Assembly: GCA_963752285.1 (NCBI GenBank)
Contig: CAVVXN010000005.1
Location: forward strand, 992,001 to 1,056,000
Direction of reading: 5' to 3'
Length of the DNA: 64,000 bases
Source of the DNA: an uncultured Planctomycetota bacterium
Lineage (GTDB): Bacteria > Planctomycetota > PLA2 > JAEUHO01
How positions within the stretch are numbered: the first letter of the stretch is position 1; every line of letters begins with the position of its first letter. The notes below the pieces were generated by a model that was given only the letters and a program-made list of their open reading frames with translations, did no database searches and was not told the origin of the DNA. Position numbers and translations under genes: made by a program. Below, in pieces: positions 57,669-64,000 of the stretch.

Positions 57669-59030
57669 GTGGCCCCGCGCCGTGCTCGGAGACGGCGAGG
57701 GTCGGCCGTGCTTACGCTCGCCCTGGTGCTCGCAACCGTCCTGACGTCCGGCGTCGGCGCGACGGCCGGCGCCCGCGTGGCCGATCTCCGCCTCCAGCTC
57801 CTCACGGCCGACGGCGGGCGGTCCGAGATCGAGATCGACCGCGCCGTTTGCCGGGACGCCGAGGCGCGCGCGGCCGACGGGGGAGAGCCGCGTCTGCGTC
57901 TCGCGCTTCGGCCGGGTGACGCGCTGGTCCTTCACACCGCCGACGCGAGGGCCATCGCCGCGAACGTGCGCGTGCACGTCCCCGACCCGGTTCCACCCGT
58001 GCTGACGGGCGTCGTGCCGGCCCGCGACCACCCGGCGCTCTCGAACCTCGTGCTCCAGGTCGTGGACGAGGACGGCCCGCTCCCCGGAGCCGCTCTCGAC
58101 TGGGGCGAAACGGACGACCCCTCGCCCACGACGCGCGCCGACGCGGAGGGGCGGATCGTCGTCGCGGCGCGGCCCGCGATGAAGGGCACGCCGACGGAGC
58201 CGCCGCTGCGCCGCTATCTCGCTACGGAGTGGTGCGTGCACGCGCCGGGTCACACGGCCTCGACACGGCGCCCCCTCGCCCTCCCGGTCTACGACGACGT
58301 GGCCGGCGCGGCCTGGCTTGCGACGGGGCGCTACCCGGTCCTCCTCGCCCGCCGAACGGGCCCGCAAGCCGGGAACGAGCGCGCGATCCACGTCGTGGAC
58401 GCACGCTGGCATCCGGTGCCCTTCGCACGCGTGGACGTCGTGTTCCCCGCCTTGCCCGAGGTCGTGACGCTCGGCGCGTACGATGCCGTGCGCGACGGCT
58501 TCCGGCGCACGGACGAACACGGTGTGGCGGAGGTACCGGTCCCCCTTTCGGTGGGGCTCCAGGTGCGCGTCGGCGGTGCGCCGGTCGCCACGTTCGGCCT
58601 CGCGGACGCGGCGTGGCCCCCGAGGGCGCTCGGCCCGCGCGACCTTCGCCTGCCGGAGCTCGCGGACGCGACGCTCGTGATCGACGACGTTCCGGCGGAC
58701 GCGACCGCGCAGCTCTGCGCCGGAGCGGGGACGGGCGACCGGACCGCGGTCGCCCCCGCCTCCACGACGCTCGACGCCGAGGCGCGGGACCTCCTCGGCG
58801 AGAACGGCTGCGTATTCCCCTTCTGGCTCTGCGGCCCGAGGCCCATCCTCGCGTCGCCCCGGACGACGCTTCAAGTGAACCTCGCCGTGGGCCGGCCCAC
58901 GTCGCTGCTCCTCGACGCCAGGACGGGGCGCCGGCGGTGGACCGTGGCGCCCGATCACGGCGGCCCGTGGCGCGCCACGGCGCGCTGGTCGGACCTGCCG
59001 CAGCGCGACGGAGCGCCGAACACCCGTTAG
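57669..59030 (+). CDS. Hypothetical exported protein
   Basis: 3' part of ORF 56640..59030; signal-like segment; two VVD..G.P...A.V...TD..G beta-sandwich-like patterns. Confidence 0.55.
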   Translation: MAPRRARRRRGSAVLTLALVLATVLTSGVGATAGARVADLRLQLLTADGGRSEIEIDRAVCRDAEARAADGGEPRLRLALRPGDALVLHTADARAIAANVRVHVPDPVPPVLTGVVPARDHPALSNLVLQVVDEDGPLPGAALDWGETDDPSPTTRADAEGRIVVAARPAMKGTPTEPPLRRYLATEWCVHAPGHTASTRRPLALPVYDDVAGAAWLATGRYPVLLARRTGPQAGNERAIHVVDARWHPVPFARVDVVFPALPEVVTLGAYDAVRDGFRRTDEHGVAEVPVPLSVGLQVRVGGAPVATFGLADAAWPPRALGPRDLRLPELADATLVIDDVPADATAQLCAGAGTGDRTAVAPASTTLDAEARDLLGENGCVFPFWLCGPRPILASPRTTLQVNLAVGRPTSLLLDARTGRRRWTVAPDHGGPWRATARWSDLPQRDGAPNTR

Positions 59031-59084
59031 CGATCGGGCGACTGCGGGACGCTGGCGGCCGGACGGACCGGTCCGGATGCGCGT

Positions 59085-59702
59085 TCAAGGGACGTGCGCG
59101 AGCGTCTCGTCCACCGAGGGTCGGTCCACGATTCGGTCGCCGACGACGCGCCAGAGGACGCGCCGTTCGCCGTCGAGGACGAACGTCGCCGGCAGCGCGG
59201 AGTCCTTGCCCTCCTGGCGCACACCGTAGGCCGCGGCGAGGCGGAGGTCGGTGTCGCTGACCAGGGGAAAGGCGAGACCGAGCTTCTTCGCGAGGTCGGC
59301 CGCCTGCTCGGGCGTGTCGGCGCTGACCGCCACGAGCCGGGCGCCCGCGGCCTCGATCCGTCCCCGCTGGTCCTGCAGCCCGCCGAGCTGCTTGCGGCAC
59401 CAGGGTCACCAGTGCCCGCGATAGAAGACGACGATGGTGGGCGTTCCCGGCTTCATGCCCTCGACGTCCGGTGCGAGGTCCCCCACCGCCAGCGGCTCGT
59501 CGCGCGCCGCGAGGACCCGCTTCCCGACCTCGGCCTCGACCGCCGGGTCGATGCGCTCGCGGTACGGCGGTGACGAGGGCGCGACCGCCGGCGAGGCGCC
59601 CTCGCCCGTCCCCTTGCCGCAGCCGACGAGCGACAGCCCGAACGCCACGAGCGCCACGAACGCAGCGGGGAAGGGAACGAGCCGGGTCGTCAAGGCGCCC
59701 AC
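59085..59702 (-). CDS. Peroxiredoxin-like (AhpC/TSA) lipoprotein, probable selenoprotein (in-frame UGA at 59406-59408)
   Basis: ORFs 59406..60122 and 59085..59333 share a frame. Read-through gives VVFYRGHW-U-PWCRKQL...VAVSAD...FPLVSD...PATFVLD. LVGC lipobox. Start approximate. Confidence 0.85.
59367..59403 (-). promoter_or_regulatory. Putative bacterial SECIS element
   Basis: Just 3' of the UGA: lower stem CUGGU/ACCAG and upper stem GCAGCUC-GGC-GGGCUGC. Confidence 0.6.
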
Positions 59703-60154
59703 CGGGTCGAAGCGTAGCCGGGGTGTCGGGGCGAGGGGCTGCTGCCGGGCACGACACGCGAGGTCCCCGCGTGTCCACGACGCCGGGACCGTCGGACCGT
59801 GGGGAGGAAGGAGGATCGGACGCCCGGAGGCGTCCGCTCGCCTCCGTGGCGCGTACGCCCTCGACGCGGTCGCACTTCGCGAGCCCCTCTCCCGCGCTCG
59901 TCCCGCTCGCGAGCGTCGCCATCCTGCTGGCGCTCTACCTCCACCCGGTCTCCGCATACCTCCACCTCCTCTGATTCCCGATCGAGGCCAAAGCGACGAC
60001 CGAGCCCGCGCTCGACTCGGCGCTGCTCCGCGGGCGCGGCCCCCGCGTGCCTCCCCCGCGGAATCGAGGCCGGAACGGCCCCCGAGGGGCGTTACGCGAC
60101 CTGTGGACCTGAATATCCTCAATACGAACCGACCCCTTAGTCGATCGGGAATAT

Positions 60155-60778
60155 GTGAAGACCTCGCGGACTCCGTCCCGCTCCCGCGGGGGGCGAGTCC
60201 CCGGGCGGGACACCCGACCTGGGGCCGCCCCGGTGGCCGGTTCCGCGAGCCTCACACGAACTCTCTACGAACCGCGGTCACGTGCGGCTCCGCCTCTCGA
60301 TCCGGCGCTGCCGCGGTCCCCGGCCCGCCGCCTGACCGCGGGCTTCACCCTGCTCGAGCTGCTCGTCGTGACCGGGATCATCTCGATCCTGGCGTCGATG
60401 GCGATCCCCTCGTTCCAGCAGGCGCTCGGGATCGCCCGACAGACGCGTGCGGTCCAGGAGCTCCGGGCGCTCTCCCGCGACATCGACGCGTACCTGATCC
60501 GGAACGGTGCGCTCCCGGACGCTCTCGCCGACGTGGGCCGCGCGTCGCTTCGTGACCCGTGGGGCCACCCCTACGCGTACCTGCGCATCGACGGCGGCAA
60601 GAAGGGGAACGGCCAGGTACGCAAGGACCACAATCTCGTCCCGCTCAACACCGACTACGACCTCTACAGCATGGGCCCCGACGGGAAGAGCGTCTCGCCC
60701 TTGACGGCCGCGCAGAGCCGGGACGACGTCGTGCGCGCCCAGAACGGCGAGTTCTACGGGCCGGCGTCCGGGTACTGA
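60155..60778 (+). CDS. Prepilin/GspG-like pseudopilin
   Basis: G|FTLLELLVV cleavage motif, DPWGHPYAY, DYDLYSMGPDG. True start may lie downstream. Confidence 0.88.
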   Translation: MKTSRTPSRSRGGRVPGRDTRPGAAPVAGSASLTRTLYEPRSRAAPPLDPALPRSPARRLTAGFTLLELLVVTGIISILASMAIPSFQQALGIARQTRAVQELRALSRDIDAYLIRNGALPDALADVGRASLRDPWGHPYAYLRIDGGKKGNGQVRKDHNLVPLNTDYDLYSMGPDGKSVSPLTAAQSRDDVVRAQNGEFYGPASGY

Positions 60779-60786
60779 GCGCTCCG

Positions 60787-63384
60787 ATGTCGCTGCAAGA
60801 ACGCGCCCGCGGTCCGATCGGCCGCAGGATCGTGTGGATCTTCCTCCTCTCGGCGCTGGTTCCCCTGCTCGCGTTCGCGTGGATCTCGCGCGCCCGCGTG
60901 GCGCATCAGATCGAGTGGGATACGGAGACCCGACTCGCGCAGGACCTGAAGGCGGCGGGCGTCACACTCGTCGAGCGACTACGCGTCGCCGCAGAGGAGC
61001 TCGAACGCCTCGCCGCGACGGCACCGCGTGGATCCGGCGTCGTCTCGCTGGCCCCCGCCCGGCGGTTCGCAGAGCTCCGCGTCGAGGCGCCCACGGGGGC
61101 GGCCCGACCGCAGGCCGCCGCGCGGCGGGGCGCGACCTCCACGCCGGTTCGCCTCGATCCGCGGCCGGGCGCGACCGGCTCCGCCGATCTCTGGCTCGTG
61201 ACGCCGATCCCCGCTCGGGAGGACTTCCTCGCCGCGCGCATCGACCCCGCGTTTCTCTTCGAGGACGCCGGCCTCGAGTGCCCGCCCGCGCGACTCTCGG
61301 TGCACCTCGAGAACGGCGAGCTGGTCCGCCGGATCGGCGAGGGATCGCCTCCGCCCTCCGTGCTGCGCTCGCAGGGTCTCGGGGAGCGGGTCACGGGAGC
61401 CCTCGCGTGGGACGACGGCGAAGGGGCCCGACGGGGCCGGTTCTGGGAGGTGTTCCTGCTCCCGCGCTTCGGGCAAAACCTCGTCGTGACGGTGCACCGC
61501 GCCGAGGCCGACGTGACGGCGCCCGTGCATGCGTTCGACCGCGACTTCCTCCGCATCGTCCTCCTCACCCTGGCCGCGGTTGGACTCCTCAGTCTCGTTC
61601 AGATCCGCCGCGTCCTGACGCCCGTGAAGGGGCTCGTCCAGGCCAGCGAACGGATCGCCGCGCAGCGCTTCGACGCCCGTGTACCGGTGCGGGGCTCGGA
61701 CGAGTTCGCCGTGCTCGGCCGCGCCTTCAACGCGATGGCGGCCGACCTCGAGCGGCGGACCACCGTGATGCACACCGTCAACGCCTTCGGCGCGAGCCTG
61801 TCGGTGGAGACCGACATGCAGGCGCTCGTCGGAAAGCTCATCCACGGCGCCGTATCGCTCTTCCACGTGGACGGGGTCCTCGTCCACCTCGTGGACGACG
61901 ACGGACGGCTCCGGGTGAGCCACCTCTGCATCGGCACCCGGGACCTGGAGACGACCGTCGAGCCCGGGTCGGACCTGGCTGTGTCGCTCGGGCTGGACGG
62001 CGCGACGCGCGGGACGGGCGCTCCCCGGAGGAGCGCTGCGTTCCCCAGCGTCGAGGAGACGACGATCGAGGTGGACGCGACGCTCCGAGCGCTCGCCCAT
62101 CGCCTCAAGTACACGCTGAAGGACTGGCTCGTGCTGCCGATGCGCGATCGCGACGGCGAGGTGGCCGGCGCCCTCACCCTCTTCAACCCCCGACGCGGGG
62201 GGGAGCGTCCCGGACGTTTCGACACGGACACCATGGACGTGGCGAGGTCGCTCGTGGCCCAGGCGACCGTCGCCATCAGCAACGCACGCCTTCGCGACGA
62301 GTTCAAGGGGCTGTTCGACGCGCTGATCCAGACGATCGCCGTGGCCGTGGACGAGCAGTCGCCCTACACGGGAGGACACTCCCGCCGCGTGCCGGAGATC
62401 GCGATGCAGCTCCTCGAGAAGGTCCATTCGAGCGACCTCCGCCCCTTCGCAGAGGTTTCCTTCTCCGAGAACCAGGTCTACGAGATGCGGGTCGCCGCGA
62501 TGCTCCACGACTGCGGCAAGGTCGTCACGCCGGTCCACGTCATCGACAAGTCCACGAAGCTCCAGACGATCTGCGACCGGATCCGCCTCTTGGAGCAACG
62601 CTTCGAGACCGCGGTGCGCGAGGCCGAGGCGCGCCGACTGCGTCGGGCCGCGGAGACGGCGGGCGTGGACCTCGCGCAGGCCGATCGGGAACTCGCCACG
62701 GACGTCCGGCGCATGCGGCAGGACCTGGCCTTCCTCCACGGCGTCAATCGCGGCGCCGAGCACATGAGCGACGCGGACGTCCTGCGCGTACTTTCCATCT
62801 CGAGCCGGTGGACCTGGCGGGGCCTCGACGGGGAGCTCCGCAGGTTCCTCGAGCCGAACGAGGAGGCGAACCTCTGCATACGGCGGGGGACGCTGACGGA
62901 CGAGGAGCGCGCGATCGTCAATCGCCACGTCGAGTCCACGATCCGGATGCTCCAGCAGCTCCCGTTCCCCGCTCGCCTCCGCGACGTCCCGAAGATCGCC
63001 GGGAGCCACCACGAGCGCGTGGACGGGCGTGGCTTCCCGTGCGGGCTTCGCGGCGACGAGATCCCGCTCCAGGGACGAATCCTCGCCGTGGCCGACGTGT
63101 TCGAGGCCCTGACGGCCCGCGACCGACCCTATCGGCCCGCGAAGCGTCTCTCGGAAGCCCTCGAGATCATGACCCAGATGGCCCGGACAGGACACCTCGA
63201 CGCGAACGTCTTCCGGGTGTTCCTCGACTCCGACATCTGGCGCCGCTACGCCGACGAGACGATCGACCCGGAGCAACGCGACGACGTGGACGTGGACGCG
63301 CTCCGGGCCGCGCTCGACACACAGGACGCCGGGACCCCGCTCGCCCGAACGCCCGCCCCCGCCGAGCGTCGCGGGCCCCCGTAG
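60787..63384 (+). CDS. Membrane sensor with HAMP, GAF and HD-GYP phosphodiesterase domains
   Basis: Two TM helices, DEFAVLGRAFNAM, SPYTGGHSRRV, LHDCGK, HHERVDGRGFP, AVADVFEALT. Confidence 0.9.
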   Translation: MSLQERARGPIGRRIVWIFLLSALVPLLAFAWISRARVAHQIEWDTETRLAQDLKAAGVTLVERLRVAAEELERLAATAPRGSGVVSLAPARRFAELRVEAPTGAARPQAAARRGATSTPVRLDPRPGATGSADLWLVTPIPAREDFLAARIDPAFLFEDAGLECPPARLSVHLENGELVRRIGEGSPPPSVLRSQGLGERVTGALAWDDGEGARRGRFWEVFLLPRFGQNLVVTVHRAEADVTAPVHAFDRDFLRIVLLTLAAVGLLSLVQIRRVLTPVKGLVQASERIAAQRFDARVPVRGSDEFAVLGRAFNAMAADLERRTTVMHTVNAFGASLSVETDMQALVGKLIHGAVSLFHVDGVLVHLVDDDGRLRVSHLCIGTRDLETTVEPGSDLAVSLGLDGATRGTGAPRRSAAFPSVEETTIEVDATLRALAHRLKYTLKDWLVLPMRDRDGEVAGALTLFNPRRGGERPGRFDTDTMDVARSLVAQATVAISNARLRDEFKGLFDALIQTIAVAVDEQSPYTGGHSRRVPEIAMQLLEKVHSSDLRPFAEVSFSENQVYEMRVAAMLHDCGKVVTPVHVIDKSTKLQTICDRIRLLEQRFETAVREAEARRLRRAAETAGVDLAQADRELATDVRRMRQDLAFLHGVNRGAEHMSDADVLRVLSISSRWTWRGLDGELRRFLEPNEEANLCIRRGTLTDEERAIVNRHVESTIRMLQQLPFPARLRDVPKIAGSHHERVDGRGFPCGLRGDEIPLQGRILAVADVFEALTARDRPYRPAKRLSEALEIMTQMARTGHLDANVFRVFLDSDIWRRYADETIDPEQRDDVDVDALRAALDTQDAGTPLARTPAPAERRGPP

Positions 63385-63571
63385 GCCCTCGGGCGCGCGA
63401 CGGGTTCGAGGGTGGGGGTACGGGTGCGCGCGTCGTGAACGACGGGCGATCGGGCTCCCCCCGGCCAGGTCCGTCGCGCGCGTGCGCCGGGCCACCTGAC
63501 GGGACGTCGTCACGTCTCCTCGGCCCCGGGGTCCACGAGCCGGGCAGGCCGTACCGTTCCCGGACCATGGC

Positions 63572-64000
63572 ATGATGGGGCTCGGGGCTCTCGTGGGGTT
63601 CGGGCTCCCGCGCGGAGCCTCCGCGTGGGGACCCGGAGCGTCCTCACCACCGCTCCCGGGAGCCGAAGTGGCGCTCGTCGCGTACGTGCTCGTTCTGCTC
63701 GCCCTCGCCGCGGGGACCGTCTGGCTTGGACGACGCGCCCGGTCGTCGGGGCAGGCGGAGCGAGCCCCCGTTCGCACGAGCTCGGCGGCCGGGGCCGCCA
63801 TGGTCCTGGCCCTGGCCGGGGCGGTGGGCTGTGCCGCCGAGGTCGTGTCGGACGTGATGCGGGACTCCTCCCAGTCCGCCGACGGGTCGTGGGGCGTGCT
63901 CCCGGGATACGAGCCCGTGGTCGTCATCGCGGCGGGCGCCACCGCGCTCGGGCTGTTCACCTTCGGTCGGCTCTCCCTCGACCCGCGTTCGGCGCGCGGA
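63572..64000 (+). CDS. Membrane protein, 5' part running off the window edge
   Basis: Open frame from ATG at 63572 with several hydrophobic segments (VALVAYVLVLLALAAGTVWLG). Confidence 0.5.
   Translation, partial: MMGLGALVGFGLPRGASAWGPGASSPPLPGAEVALVAYVLVLLALAAGTVWLGRRARSSGQAERAPVRTSSAAGAAMVLALAGAVGCAAEVVSDVMRDSSQSADGSWGVLPGYEPVVVIAAGATALGLFTFGRLSLDPRSARG

Noticed and set aside
59406..59408. Genome-wide UGA recoding or a simple nonsense mutation
   Set aside because: Many neighbouring genes end at TGA normally. This UGA sits at the catalytic Cys position with a downstream hairpin, which favours Sec.

Overview
Very GC-rich bacterial chromosomal window with about 48 genes. A planctomycete-like or other uncultured lineage is a plausible guess from its sulfatases, di-heme DHOR proteins, stand-alone secretin-like protein and many Cys-Gly(n) lipoproteins, but this is not established. 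Housekeeping or metabolic genes include gcvP (5' part), a salicylyl-CoA hydroxylase-like flavoprotein, pcm, ampG, xth, a cyclophilin, a large NAD-glutamate dehydrogenase, bcp and a Zn/Mn ABC importer. Highlights: (1) a Pfa/Hgl-like PKS operon (ER'-ER-KS-AT-ACP-KR, then KS-AT-DH-PPTase) followed directly by a sulfotransferase; (2) a lipoprotein peroxiredoxin-like gene split by an in-frame UGA in a UxxC motif with a SECIS-like hairpin, i.e. a probable selenoprotein the ORF track misses; (3) a DUF2946-like leader ORF with CxxC and C-terminal RGPP upstream of a metal porin/ABC operon; (4) a candidate ~200-nt structured ncRNA with its own promoter; (5) two outward-facing sulfatase paralogs bracketing a tandem DHOR pair and a cis-prenyltransferase frameshifted in a G7 run. 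No rRNA, tRNA, CRISPR array or transposase was recognised. All calls come from reading motifs by eye, and several start codons are approximate.
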